Below, piece after piece: positions 14,415 to 29,200 of a DNA stretch of 64,000 bases. Where the stretch lies: contig JAUCBJ010005047.1 of the NCBI GenBank assembly GCA_032718475.1, positions 18,479 through 82,478 on the forward strand, read 5' to 3'. The translations under genes were made by a program, and so were the position numbers. Position 1 is the first letter of the stretch, and each line of letters begins with the position of its first letter. This stretch comes from Nemertoderma westbladi. Its lineage: Eukaryota; Animalia; Xenacoelomorpha. Below the pieces are notes generated by a model, which was given only the letters and a program-made list of their open reading frames with translations, had not been told where the DNA came from and ran no database searches.

Positions 14415-17400
14415 TGGTGGCGCCTGTTATTGTGATAGAGCCCTACTAAGATTAACTAGTACCAATCATTAGGTAACCCAAGTAATAAGGCTGTATGTTT
14501 CCATATAGTGGCGCCTGTTATTGTGATAGAGCCCTACTAAGATTAACTAGTACCAATCATTAGGTAACCCAAGTAATAAGGCTGTATGTTTCCATATAGT
14601 GGCGCCTGTTATTGTGATAGAGCCCTACTAAGATTAACTAGTACCAATCATTAGGTAACCCAAGTAATAAGGCTGTATGTTTCCATATAGTGGCGCCTGT
14701 TATTGTGATAGAGCCCTACTAAGATTAACTAGTACCAATCATTAGGTAACCCAAGTAATAAGGCTGTATGTTTCCATATAGTGGCGCCTGTTATTGTGAT
14801 AGAGCCCTACTAAGATTAACTAGTACCAATCATTAGGTAACCCAAGTAATAAGGCTGTATGTTTCCATATAGTGGCGCCTGTTATTGTGATAGAGCCCTA
14901 CTAAGATTAACTAGTACCAATCATTAGGTAACCCAAGTAATAAGGCTGTATGTTTCCATATAGTGGCGCCTGTTATTGTGATAGAGCCCTACTAAGATTA
15001 ACTAGTACCAATCATTAGGTAACCCAAGTAATAAGGCTGTATGTTTCCATATAGTGGCGCCTGTTATTGTGATAGAGCCCTACTAAGATTAACTAGTACC
15101 AATCATTAGGTAACCCAAGTAATAAGTACCAATCATTAGGTAACCCAAGTAATAAGGCTGTATGTTTCCATATAGTGGCGCCTGTTATTGTGATAGAGCC
15201 CTACTAAGATTAACTAGTACCAATCATTAGGTAACCCAAGTAATAAGGCTGTATGTTTCCATATAGTGGCGCCTGTTATTGTGATAGAGCCCTACTAAGA
15301 TTAACTAGTACCAATCATTAGGTAACCCAAGTAATAAGGCTGTATGTTTCCATATAGTGGCGCCTGTTATTGTGATAGAGCCCTACTAAGATTAACTAGT
15401 ACCAATCATTAGGTAACCCAAGTAATAAGTACCAATCATTAGGTAACCCAAGTAATAAGGCTGTATGTTTCCATATAGTGGCGCCTGTTATTGTGATAGA
15501 GCCCTACTAAGATTAACTAGTACCAATCATTAGGTAACCCAAGTAATAAGGCTGTATGTTTCCATATAGTGGCGCCTGTTATTGTGATAGAGCCCTACTA
15601 AGATTAACTAGTACCAATCATTAGGTAACCCAAGCAATAAGTACCAATCATTAGGTAACCCAAGTAATAAGGCTGTATGTTTCCATATAGTGGCGCCTGT
15701 TATTGTGATAGAGCCCTACTAAGATTAACTAGTACCAATCATTAGGTAACCCAAGTAATAAGTACCAATCATTAGGTAACCCAAGTAATAAGGCTGTATG
15801 TTTCCATATAGTGGCGCTGTTATTGTGATAGAGCACTCCTAAGATTAACTAGTACCAATCATTAGGTAACCCAAGTAATAAGGCTGTATGTTTCCATATA
15901 GTGGCGCCTGTTATTGTGATAGAGCCCTACTAAGATTAACTAGTACCAATCATTAGGTAACCCAAGTAATAAGGCTGTATGTTTCCATATAGTGGCGCCT
16001 GTTATTGTGATAGAGCCCTACTAAGATTAACTAGTACCAATCATTAGGTAACCCAAGTAATAAGGCTGTATGTTTCCATATAGTGGCGCCTGTTATTGTG
16101 ATAGAGCCCTACTAAGATTAACTAGTACCAATCATTAGGTAACCCAAGTAATAAGGCTGTATGTTTCCATATAGTGGCGCCTGTTATTGTGATAGAGCCC
16201 TACTAAGATTAACTAGTACCAATCATTAGGTAACCCAAGTAATAAGGCTGTATGTTTCCATATAGTGGCGCCTGTTATTGTGATAGAGCCCTACTAAGAT
16301 TAACTAGTACCAATCATTAGGTAACCCAAGTAATAAGTACCAATCATTAGGTAACCCAAGTAATAAGGCCTCGTATGTTTCCATATAGTGGCGCATGTTA
16401 TTGTGATAGAGCCCCTAAGCTTAACTACGTACCAATCATTAGGTAACCCAAGTAATAAGGCTGTATGTTTCCATATAGTGGCGCCTGTTATTGTGATAGA
16501 GCCCTACTAAGATTAACTAGTACCAATCATTAGGTAACCCAAGTAATAAGGCTGTATGTTTCCATATAGTGGCGCCTGTTATTGTGATAGAGCCCTACTA
16601 AGATTAACTAGTACCAATCATTAGGTAACCCAAGTAATAAGGCTGTATGTTTCCATATAGTGGCGCCTGTTATTGTGATAGAGCCCTACTAAGATTAACT
16701 AGTACCAATCATTAGGTAACCCAAGTAATAAGGCTGTATGTTTCCATATAGTGGCGCCTGTTATTGTGATAGAGCCCTACTAAGATTAACTAGTACCAAT
16801 CATTAGGTAACCCAAGTAATAAGGCTGTATGTTTCCATATAGTGGCGCCTGTTATTGTGATAGAGCCCTACTAAGATTAACTAGTACCAATCATTAGGTA
16901 ACCCAAGTAATAAGGCTGTATGTTTCCATATAGTGGCGCCTGTTATTGTGATAGAGCCCTACTAAGATTAACTAGTACCAATCATTAGGTAACCCAAGTA
17001 ATAAGGCTGTATGTTTCCATATAGTGGCGCCTGTTATTGTGATAGAGCCCTACTAAGATTAACTAGTACCAATCATTAGGTAACCCAAGTAATAAGGCTG
17101 TATGTTTCCATATAGTGGCGCCTGTTATTGTGATAGAGCCCTACTAAGATTAACTAGTACCAATCATTAGGTAACCCAAGTAATAAGGCTGTATGTTTCC
17201 ATATAGTGGCGCCTGTTATTGTGATAGAGCCCTACTAAGATTAACTAGTACCAATCATTAGGTAACCCAAGTAATAAGGCTGTATGTTTCCATATAGTGG
17301 CGCCTGTTATTGTGATAGAGCCCTACTAAGATTAACTAGTACCAATCATTAGGTAACCCAAGTAATAAGGCTGTATGTTTCCATATAGTGGCGCCTGTTA

Positions 17401-17706
17401 TTGTGATAGAGCCCTACTAAGATTAACTAGTACCAATCATTAGGTAACCCAAGTAATAAGGCTGTATGTTTCCATATAGTGGCGCCTGTTATTGTGATAG
17501 AGCCTACTAAGATTAACTAGTACCAATCATTAGGTAACCCAAGTAATAAGGCTGTATGTTTCCATATAGTGGCGCCTGTTATTGTGATAGAGCCTACTAA
17601 GATTAACTAGTACCAATCATTAGGTAACCCAAGTAATAAGGCTGTATGTTTCCATATAGTGGCGCCTGTTATTGTGATAGAGCCTACTAAGATTAACTAG
17701 TACCAA
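14415..17706. repeat. 91-bp satellite, right block
   Basis: Same unit as 9941-12893 but more homogeneous; the last three units are 90 bp. Confidence 0.98.
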
Positions 17707-18072
17707 ATAATACAGTTGGATGGACGGACAATAACACTAGAAACCAACCAAATCAACTGCGACTATTTGATTTCGCTCTAGACTGTAATTTATAAAATTA
17801 TAATCAGTTGTTAGTTTCTGACCAGTTTCTCTAAGATCAGTTTTAGTTTACTTTGAGGTATTGTAACGGTTTCAGCTCGAAGCAAATGGTTCCTATTCTA
17901 TAATGAAATAAGTGGGAGAAATGAGGTTCCCCCACTTAAAAAAAGGTTCCGCACCTTAAATGCGCAGGTAGTATCAGTAACTATGGCATTTCTCAATCAT
18001 TTCTTAAGAATCTTTCACCATTTCTTCGCAATTAATTTTAAGGTATATCTTCGGTAATAAAAATTACATAGA

Positions 18073-21000
18073 ATGTAGGTGGGACCTTAAGGTTTGGAGA
18101 CCCATACCGACTCATCCCGTATTAATTCACCCGCGCATGTAGGTGGGACCTTAAGGTTTGGAGACCCATACCGACCCATCCCGTATTAATTCACCCGCGC
18201 ATGTAGATGGGACCTTAAGGTTTGGAGACCCATACCGACCCAACCCGTATTAATTCACCCGCGCATGTAGGTGGCACCTTAAGGTTTGGAGACCCATACC
18301 GACCCATCCCGTATTAATTCACCCGCGCATGTAGGTGGGACCTTAAGGTTTGGAGACCCATACCGACCCATCCCGTATTAATTCACCCGCGCATGTAGGT
18401 GGGACCTTAAGGTTTGGAGACCCATACCGACCCATCCCGTATTAATTCACCCGCGCATGTAGGTGGGACATTAATGTTTGGAGACCCATACCGACCTAAC
18501 CCGTATTAATTCACCCGCGCATGTAGGTGGGACCTTAAGGTTTGGAGACCCATACCGACCCAACCCGTATTAATTCACCCGCGCATGTAGGTGGGACCTT
18601 AAGGTTTGGAGACCCATACCGACCCATCCCGTATTAATTCACCCGCGCATGTAGATGGGACCTTAAGGTTTGGAGACCCATACCGACCCAACCCGTATTA
18701 ATTCACCCGCGCATGTAGGTGGCACCTTAAGGTTTGGAGACCCATACCGACCCATCCCGTATTAATTCACCCGCGCATGTAGGTGGGACCTTAAGGTTTG
18801 GAGACCCATACCGACCCATCCCGTATTAATTCACCCGCGCATGTAGGTGGGACCTTGTTTGGAGATCCATACCGACCCAACCCGTATTAATTCACCCGCG
18901 CATGTAGGTGGGACCTTAAGGTTTGGAGACCCATACCGACCCAACCCGTATTAATTCACCCGCGCATGTAGGTGGGACCTTAAGGTTTGGAGACCCATAC
19001 CGACCCATCCCGTATTAATTCACCCGCGCATGTAGGTGGGACCTTAAGGTTTGGAGACCCATACCGACCCAACCCGTATTAATTCACCCGCGCATGTAGG
19101 TGGGACCTTAAGGTTTGGAGACCCATACCGACCCATCCCGTATTAATTCACCCGCGCATGTAGGTGGGACCTTAAGGTTTGGAGACCCATACCGACCCAA
19201 CCCGTATTAATTCACCCGCGCATGTAGGTGGGACCTTAAGGTTTGGAAACCCATACCGACCCATCCCGTATTAATTCACCCGCGCATGTAGGTGGGACCT
19301 TAAGGTTTGGAGACCCATACCGACCCAACCCGTATTAATTCACCCGCGCATGTAGGTGGGACCTTAAGGTTTGGAGACCCATACCGACCCATCCCGTATT
19401 AATTCACCCGCGCATGTAGGTGGGACCTTAAGGTTTGGAGACCCATACCGACCCAACCCGTATTAATTCACCCGCGCATGTAGGTGGGACCTTAAGGTTT
19501 GGAGACCCATACCGACCCATCCCGTATTAATTCACCCGCGCATGTAGGTGGGACCTTGTTTGGAGATCCATACCGACCCGCCCGTATTAATTCACCCGCG
19601 CATGTATGTGGGACCTTAAGGTTTGGAGACCCATACCGACCCATCCCGTATTAATTCACCCGCGCATGTAGGTGGGACCTTAAGGTTTGGAGACCCATAC
19701 CGACCCAACCCGTATTAATTCACCCGCGCATGTAGGTGGGACCTTAAGGTTTGGAGACCCATACCGACCCATCCCGTATTAATTCACCCGCGCATGTAGG
19801 TGGGACCTTAAGGTTTGGAGACCCATACCGACCCAACCCGTATTAATTCACCCGCGCATGTAGGTGGGACCTTAAGGTTTGGAGACCCATACCGACCCAT
19901 CCCGTATTAATTCACCCGCGCATGTAGGTGGGACCTTAAGGTTTGGAGACCCATACCGACCCAACCCGTATTAATTCACCCGCGCATGTAGGTGGGACCT
20001 TAAGGTTTGGAGACCCATACCGACCCATCCCGTATTAATTCACCCGCGCATGTAGGTGGGACCTTGTTTGGAGATCCATACCGACCCGCCCGTATTAATT
20101 CACCCGCGCATGTAGGTGGGACCTTAAGGTTTGGAGAACCATACCGACCCATCCCGTATTAATTCACCCACGCATGTAGGTGGGACCTTAAGGTTTGGAG
20201 ACCCATACCGACCCATCCCGTATTAATTCACCGCGCATGTAGGTGGGACCTTAAGGTTTGGAGACCCATACCGACCCATCCCGTATTAATTCACCCGCGC
20301 ATGTAGGTGGGACCTTAAGGTTTGGAGACCCATACCGACCCAACCCGTATTAATTCACCCGCGCATGTAGGTGGGACCTTAAGGTTTGGAGACCCATACC
20401 GACCCATCCCGTATTAATTCACCCGCGCATGTAGGTGGGACCTTAAGGTTTGGAGACCCATACCGACCCATCCCGTATTAATTCACCCGCGCATGTAGGT
20501 GGGACCTTAAGGTTTGGAGACCCATACCGACCCATCCCGTATTAATTCACCCGCGCATGTAGGTGGGACCTTAAGGTTTGGAGACCCATACCGACCCAAC
20601 CCGTATTAATTCACCCGCGCATGTAGGTGGGACCTTAAGGTTTGGAGACCCATACCGACCCAACCTGTATTAATTCACCCGCGCATGTAGGTGGGACCTT
20701 AAGGTTTGGAGACCCATACCGACCCATCCCGTATTAATTCACCCGCGCATGTAGATGGGACCTTAAGGTTTGGAGACCCATACCGACCCAACCCGTATTA
20801 ATTCACCCGCGCATGTAGGTGGGACCTTAAGGTTTGGAGACCCATACCGACCCAACCCGTATTAATTCACCCGCGCATGTAGGTGGGACCTTAAGGTTTG
20901 GAGACCCATACCGACCCATCCCGTATTAATTCACCCGCGCATGTAGATGGGACCTTAAGGTTTGGAGACCCATACCGACCCATCCCGTATTAATTCACCC

Positions 21001-21580
21001 GCGCATGTAGGTGGGACCTTAAGGTTTGGAGACCCATACCGACCCATCCCGTATTAATTCACCCGCGCATGTAGGTGGGACGTTAAGGTTTGGAGACCCA
21101 TACCGACCCATCCCGTATTAATTCACCCGCGCATGTAGGTGGGACCTTAAGGTTTGGAGACCCATACCGACCCATCCCGTATTAATTCACCCGCGCATGT
21201 AGGTGGGACCTTAAGGTTTGGAGACCCATACCGACCCATCCCGTATTAATTCACCCGCGCATGTAGGTGGGACCTTAAGGTTCGGAGACCCATACCGACC
21301 CATCCCGTATTAATTCACCCGCGCATTTAGGTGGGACCTTAAGGTTTGGAGACCCATACCGACCCAACCCGTATTAATTCACCCGCGCATGTAGGTGGGA
21401 CCTTAAGGTTTGGAGACCCATACCGACCCAACCCGTATTAATTCACCCGCGCATGTAGGTGGGACCTTAAGGTTTGGAGACCCATACCGACCCATCCCGT
21501 ATTAATTCACCCGCGCATGTAGGTGGGACCTTAAGGTTTGGAGACCCATACCGACCCAACCCGTATTAATTCACCCGCGC
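18073..21580. repeat. 64-bp tandem array, ~55 copies
   Basis: Unit ATGTAGGTGGGACCTTAAGGTTTGGAGACCCATACCGACCCA(T/A)CCCGTATTAATTCACCCGCGC, containing the palindrome ACCTTAAGGT. Confidence 0.98.
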
Positions 21581-21891
21581 TCAATCGACGACGTCCGTAG
21601 GTAAAATTTGATCCTTTTCACTATCAATCGAGATATTTTATCTACCGAGCGAAACAAGATTTTAAGGTTTCACGTATAATGAATGTGAAAGTCAGTGAAA
21701 AAGTAGGCCCTACTCTACTTCAAACACTTCTTTGAGTATAAAACGTGTAGTTTACGTTGTTAGGCAGTTTATTAAGCAAATTACATATTCATTAAATTTA
21801 AATTCGCTATGAATTATGAAATTCCATCGTCTCTATTTATTATACAGTAATTAGTATTTAAATTAATAAACTTAAATATAATGTAATATCA

Positions 21892-22300
21892 TGATACAGA
21901 GCCATCCATAAGCGGTGGGGATACAGAGCCATCCATAAGCGGTGGGGATACAGAGCCATCCAAAAGCGGTGGGGATACAGAGCCATCCATAAGCGGTGTC
22001 ATGGGGGGGGGGGGGGGGGGATACAGAGCCATCCATAAGCGGTGGGGATACAGAGCCATCCATAAGCGGTGTCATGGGGGGGGGGGGGGGATACAGAGCC
22101 ATCCATAAGCGGTGGGGATACAGAGCCATCCATAAGCGGTGGGGATACAGAGCCATCCATAAGCGGTGGGGATACAGAGCCATCCATAAGCGGTGTCATG
22201 GGGGGGGGGGGGGGATACAGAGCCATCTATAAGCGGTGTCATGGGGGGGGGGGGGAAACAGAGCTATCCATAAGCGGTGTCATGCCGGAAGGGGGGGGGG
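21892..22300. repeat. 27-bp minisatellite with poly-G-expanded variants
   Basis: Unit ATACAGAGCCATCCATAAGCGGTGGGG; variant units end TGTCAT followed by a long G run. Confidence 0.93.
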
Positions 22301-23268
22301 GGGGGCAATATACATCCAAACATACAATCGCAATCTCCATTAAAATGTGGGGGGGGGGGGGGGTCGAAAATTGGAAAAAAAAAGGCGTGATGTGACGACA
22401 TATGGATGTTCCATATGCGTTGAGTTGGTTTGTGTTTCTCATTTATACCTAACAATATTTCTGCTTTAAAGATAGACAGACAAACAGACAGACAGACAGA
22501 TAATCAAACAAATTCTCCTGGGGCCAATAGCAACTTATTTACTACGGGAAACACTAAATTGCCAGTAACACCAAATATATTACGGCATTTAATCAATATA
22601 TAGATACTCATATATCTTATATCACAATAAAATCACCCAATAAACCATCATTCTAGCATTAAAGTTTATTTTTTTACAGGGTAGTTTCATCTCAAGTAAG
22701 CGAGAGTAGATCATCAAAAGCTAAAATGGTTCATTATAATTATATGTGACGATTAAAACAACGACAATGGGGTCGGTGCACTAAGGAATTATCCCAATAC
22801 TGTAATATTTCATTATTAATTTAAGTCTTAATTCCAGGCAAATGTACGCCCAACAGCTAAGCTATATAATTTATATTGGAAAACCCATCAATTTATTTGT
22901 TAGTGTCAATGATGTTTAGCTATCGTCCGCGTCCGAGACAATTGAGATATTTAATGTTCATCTGAATAAAGTGATTATCATTACGGACTATTCTAACCCC
23001 ATTGGGAATGTCTACAGCAATTCTTAATCTGGATAAATATTCTTAATTTCACATAAATCAAATACTAATCTTGAATACCGGTACCATGATCCCAAGATAT
23101 CGATGTTAAATATAATATCAATTAGACTAACAGTCAGTGTATAACAACAACATTAGTTATCATTGCTTTCTCATTGGCAACATTAATTTTATTATTAGTT
23201 CATCATTATTCATTACAATCCAACCCACTATATATGTGAGCGGTGAACTTCTGTGAAATAATCCACCA

Positions 23269-26200
23269 TTACCAAAATGGGCACCATCCAATGTAACTTT
23301 GACATAAGTTCTCGTTACTTGTCGCCTGATCGATTAATTTATCCACTTGCAGTTCGATGCTGAGTGTAGACAGATGCCTCATTTCGTTCTCTTGATTACC
23401 TACAGGTACTTGTCCACGAATTATATTTGGATTATCGTTTAATGGATTAATATTTACTGTATCGTCATTTGTGAAATCCAGTCCTGTCAATTTGTCCTTC
23501 ACGCGCTTTATTATAGCCACAGCTTTCTTATTGAGAAGTTCGGGCCGTTGACCCTCAACTTGAGCTCCATTGCGATCATTCGCTATACGTGACGTTGAAA
23601 GGATAGTATCGGCAATGGATTCATCATCAAGGCCATCGGTTGAATGACGTGTCATTGTTGTATGAGTGGCGCCAGCTACTCGTTTCTTATTGTTGTCAAC
23701 GAGCCTCCACAAGTGAAGTGGATCGTAGACGAATGCCTCTAATACTGCCATTACACTGTCTCTATTTTGACGCAAAACTGCCATGACTGATGCGCAGGTC
23801 TTTCTATATGTTCCATCAATACCAGTAACCTCCATTGCCTTAGTTAGCATGCGCGTAAGACGAAATGGTATCTTTTCAGGGAATTTTTCCCTATGCATCG
23901 CGACTTCGAAACAATCACCAAAGTCAATATGTAGGATTCTGCCATTATCTCGTTTCATCATAAGATTGGAAGGGTGGCGATCCCCCAAGCCCAATATATA
24001 TCCAACAATACTCATTACTGCTAGACTACGAATATAATTTGTTCTTCTCTCAAACCAAACCTCTGAGCTGGGACTTCTCATCCAAAGTATCTTTGAAAGA
24101 TCATCACCATGTGTGTGCTCCAGTGCATTTTCAAATACCTCAACTTTTTGAATTCTCGTGAGATGGTCATAGTCAGGGGCCATTCGAAGCATTATGCGGT
24201 GCTCAATATTTAACAAAATTTTTTTACGGTCACGATATTCTCTAATCAAAGCATGGAATGTATCACAATTTGGTACCCATCCCAGTAATCCAGAGTTAGT
24301 TGACAGTGGTACTACAGAATATCTTTGGATACAATTGAGTTCGCGACTGCATGTGTCTGGATCATTGGCTAGAAGGGAATTCACCAGCCCAAATAACTGC
24401 ATTACTCGTTCATCTTGCCTCAAATCTTCATGGCCCTTCAATAAGAATTGATACTCCTTTCCATCTGATCCAAATATGGATATTTTTCGTGGCCTTTGTT
24501 TTGATGTAATAACCTGAAGTGTTTGGTGGCAATGGCTGATTCTTATTATTGATTTGTTGGCTTCATAAGTTCCTGGAACTGCCAATTCGAGATTATGTGA
24601 TGTTAGAAGATTAGGTGAAACATATTGAAGTTCGAGTGAGGTCAATTGAGGCAATTGTTTGGAAATTCGCCGAAATACATGATAATACAAATCCCAAGCT
24701 TGAGTTAGATCCTTCGAATTCTGTGATTGTTTATATTTGCGACACCATTCTCGAGCTTGCCTTAAATCTGTTCCATATGCCTGGTTGAATGATGTTTCCT
24801 TGACAGTGTGCATCCCCCTTTCCATCATATCATGCAATGGTTCCAAAGTACGAAACATTCCCTGTATATTTCGTTCTCCGAAGTATAATCTAGATGCCTC
24901 TTCCAGGCCTTCATGCCACAATTCATGCCAAAGAATAGCTACTCTTATTAGCTCTTCACTGATCATTTTTGCTTGATTGACTAAACCACCACTATGTTCA
25001 CACATGTTATTTAAAATTTTATTTGCTGCTTTAATACGAGGCTTCTCTCTGGCTTTTTCTGTACTAGTTATTGGAATTGGCATACGTAAATCATCATTTG
25101 ATTTTGCTGCTACACACAAGGGATAGACAAGAGCCTGTGGATGATGCTTGCCCACCTCCATCAAAAGACTAGAAATTAATTTCACCACCTCATTCTTATG
25201 GTGATCTAGCCTTGCTATTGTTTGCGGTATAACCTGAAGCCAAACATCTATACTCAGACCCTTAATAGCTTCCTGCAAAGCATCTGACACAGACTCTGTG
25301 TGACCATAAGCAAACCAAATAGTGAGCAGTCGTAATGCATTTTGTAATGAATTTGCACGGGATAAGTTGATAGCTCGTGTGTAACATTTTACAGACATTG
25401 CTGAAAGTTTGCTTAGATCATTATCATCACCCTCAAATACATCATCCATATCATTTGCTGTATTGTGTGAAGTACCAGCTGTAGATATTTCATCATTGGG
25501 TGACATTTCTGCAAATTTGTCACCATTTGATAGCTTAATACTTGATTCTTTTTTACAACCATTATCATTTGCAAACTTTCGCCAAACAACTACATCATAT
25601 GTTTTCTTGGCCAATGCATGCCAGGCTTTATAACACTGCTCATCATATATAGTTGATTGTTTGTAATGATCAAGAATTGTATTATATGATTCTTGTTGAA
25701 GATTATCCATGATATATAGCCAAAGCCCAAGCTTAAAGTAACATCGTGATAATAACTTGCTATACTCATTCCTTTCAGCATGGCACTTTGCTTCCTCAAC
25801 TGCAGTCATATGAGTTGTTATAGGGCTTAATGTAACTTGTTTTTCTCGTACAGCTATGTCTTCCATCAGAGACTTATATCTTGGAAGCAATTGTGTGAAT
25901 ACAAATGTTTCCATATACTTGTATGTTGTTCGCTTTTGAATTGATTCTGCTGCAATGTCTAATGAGCCTGACCCAGATTCATCCCACATGTGCTTAATAT
26001 AAGCATATGTAACTGAAGGTGTTTTAATATCCATAAATATGTCATGGAAATTGATAGGCTTTACCCTTGATGTACTTCCACTATAATTTAAATCACGTAT
26101 AATTAAATCCTGGAGAAGTCTCTTACTAAGATTCATATTTCTGTTCCTACCACTACGGCAGAGACTAGCATATTTAATGATGGGTCTAGGATCAAAGTTA

Positions 26201-29200
26201 TCCTTCTCCTCTGCACTATCGACAAGGCTACGAACTGTTAAAATTTTTTGCCAATCCTCAGCATACTTTCTATTGCCCTGTAATCTACTCCACCAAATTT
26301 CACGAATGGCACTTCGCCTATCCAATGTCGCAGCCTTATATTCAATAATTTCCTCCAGCTCAGAAAGCATCTGTACATTTAGCAAAATAGTATAGGCTCT
26401 GCGGTAACTTTCACCAACCATTACCATTATATCAGTATCTAACATATCTCTGGCCTGATTTATAAATCTTTGAGCATCATTCATTCTTTGAAGATTAATT
26501 GAGTAAACAGCATTTAGAAACAAACCATCATAATTATCCCTATCTTTATCTAATACGGCTACGCATTTTGCCATTTGATCCCAATCCTGCTTGTTCCAGG
26601 CACCATATGCACTAATTTTAGCCATATTTTTTTTCATTTCATCGTTTACATTATCCCATTTAGACTTTGTAAGCTGATGTACCTTATCCCAGTCCCCTAG
26701 TGCTTCAGAGCAACGCATTTGTCCGAGAACAAGACTATTGTCATTTGGATGTTGTTGGGCTTTAAACTCATAAGCCGCTGCTGCCTTCGACCAGTCCATT
26801 AATTTCTCATACCATTTATCCTGAAACTCTACTCCTTTGGTATGTTTTGCATATATCACCACACCTTCTGCTGCTTCAGGAAGCTGTAATTTGTTATTGA
26901 CACTAATAAGTGCATCAACAACTTCAGTACTAACACCAATTTGAAATTGACTTTCATAATAGTGCAAAGCCTTTGCATATGAGCAACAATTCATTGCCTG
27001 GTCACCCAGAAATGATGGTTCCAGAGGAAGAGGTCCCCTATCACAGTGCTCCATGAACTCTGTAAGGTCTAAAAGGACTTGTGTAATATCTGGTAGATCT
27101 TGATTTTTCAACGCCAGGTGTAAATTTTGTGAAAGCTCATCCTGCTGAACTTCATTCAGTTCACTCCAACAAGAGACAAATGCACTGTTAAAAAGGGCCT
27201 TAGCTGCAGGAGGATATGCTTGTGCTAAAGTACAACATGCTCGTAAAGCAGGTGATGGGGATTCTTTGATTAATTGAACTCCTAGCCGCCGAACCCACTC
27301 TGCCCAGTCATCTCGAGAAACGCGTCGTGTTGAACCCCAAGCTTGTTGCAGACCTGTTACATTTACAGACAACTTTTTAGTACTTTCATTTGAAGTTGAT
27401 AATAAAGGATCATCAAGTACTGGCATCACAAGCATAGGTGACTTAATAGCATGTAATGACTGTTGGTGTTCATATTCTCTAAATATTGTAGGGTGTATAA
27501 TTCTTTCTATTAATATATCATATGTATTAGATACAATCTTGTGTTTATTAAAAACCTTATTTACCATTGGGGAAAAAACCTTAAACTGCTTTCCCATTTG
27601 TTCAATAACAGCACAGAGTGTTAATACTGCCATTGGCCGTAATTCCGATACCAAGTCAATCGTTCTGGTTAAGGAGTGTATTAAAATAGATGAATAGTCT
27701 GTCAAATCTAATGATTTAGTAAATACTTTAATGGTTTCTAATGCTGCATGTCTCACTTGCACTGGATTATCTCCTCTGTCATATAATCCAACTATAGGTG
27801 GGAGAACAAGATGTAAATAATCATCTAAATTTGATTCAAACAAGTGCATTGTTTTCAATAATTTGAGTGTAATGTATCTATTTTGACTTTTATCATTTAC
27901 AAATATTCTCAACATATGTGGTATTATCTTCGGGAGATATATTTTGAAATCACCTTGTAATGCTTGTGTTATTTGCTCAATAAGAGCTATTAAGGTGTTC
28001 TGAATAGGGCTGTTAACTTGCCATTGATCCTTGATAATGTGAACTATTTCACCCATATAATTTCTGGCATGTTGCTTTACAATTGAAATCAATGTGCCAA
28101 GATTTTGAAGCAAAAATTCTCTAATGTTTGGGTCAGCGTTTTTCACAACCTCAATGTATGTTGGCATAATCTGTGGCAAAAAAGTAACACATTTTGTGCC
28201 GAGTGTTTTAAATATAAACATAACAGCCTGTACAACCATACTTGTATAGTGTGTTAATGAATTCTCTCTCATTATTTTCATTAATGTAGTAATTGAAACA
28301 GAGATGTAATGTTCATCTAAATTGTCCTGGCATGTATATAGGGATAGGTGATTAACATTTGCAAGTTCAACATCATAATCATCTCCTGGTTTGATTCCTA
28401 TTGAAACCTGCGCCCAACCTTCAAGTTCAACATCCTGCATAGTACCAGGTTTGTACCGATATGGATCTAAAGCACCAATTATGCCTACAACTCGAATAAC
28501 TTCCCTTTTTACATCATGTGATTGTTCCTTTTTTAACATTTCGAGAAATATATCCATTAAACATCTGTGTTTTAAATAAGGTTCTACAACATATCCTGTG
28601 TATTTAGCTAATTGACCCATGCAGCATATAGCAGCCATTCGTTTCTCCATATTACCAGCATCTTGCAAAATATCAATGACAGATGGCATCAATTCATCAG
28701 CCCATGCTTGCATTGCAACACCACTGACAACAGCTTGACTGCCAACGGCTTGGAGTAGACTTACAACCACATCAGAGTGTTGTTCTGTCTTTATTTTTGG
28801 CGCAATTGACTGCATTATAGATTCACTGTATGGCCTAACCAGGGTGGGTGCACTGTCAATTAGTGTGCACAGGAGTGTGGCACTTTGATCTCGGTTCCTT
28901 CCGAAACTTGAGTGTTCTAATTCGGTTAGAGTTTGTATTAGGAATTTTCTTAAACAGGGCATTACATAAGCAGGATTTACAATGCATAGGCGTCCTACAA
29001 TTTGCACAGCTAAATTGCGTATCTCAAAAACTTCATCATGTAAGGCTATAAATAGCGATGATAAATTGTCAGCCTGCGCAAGATGGCGGTCAAAATGCGA
29101 TACTAATGATTCCAAACCACATTTGCGAATATCAGAATCTGTATCAGTTATGCCTAATGATAAGATCATTTTGAGGACAATTGAAACCCTTTGTACTGTT

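Noticed and set aside
16368-16432. One strongly divergent 91-bp unit
   Set aside because: Clustered small indels amid near-perfect units look like local consensus error.
2675-21580. CRISPR-like arrays
   Set aside because: Head-to-tail repeats with no unique spacers, no cas genes, and a eukaryotic context.
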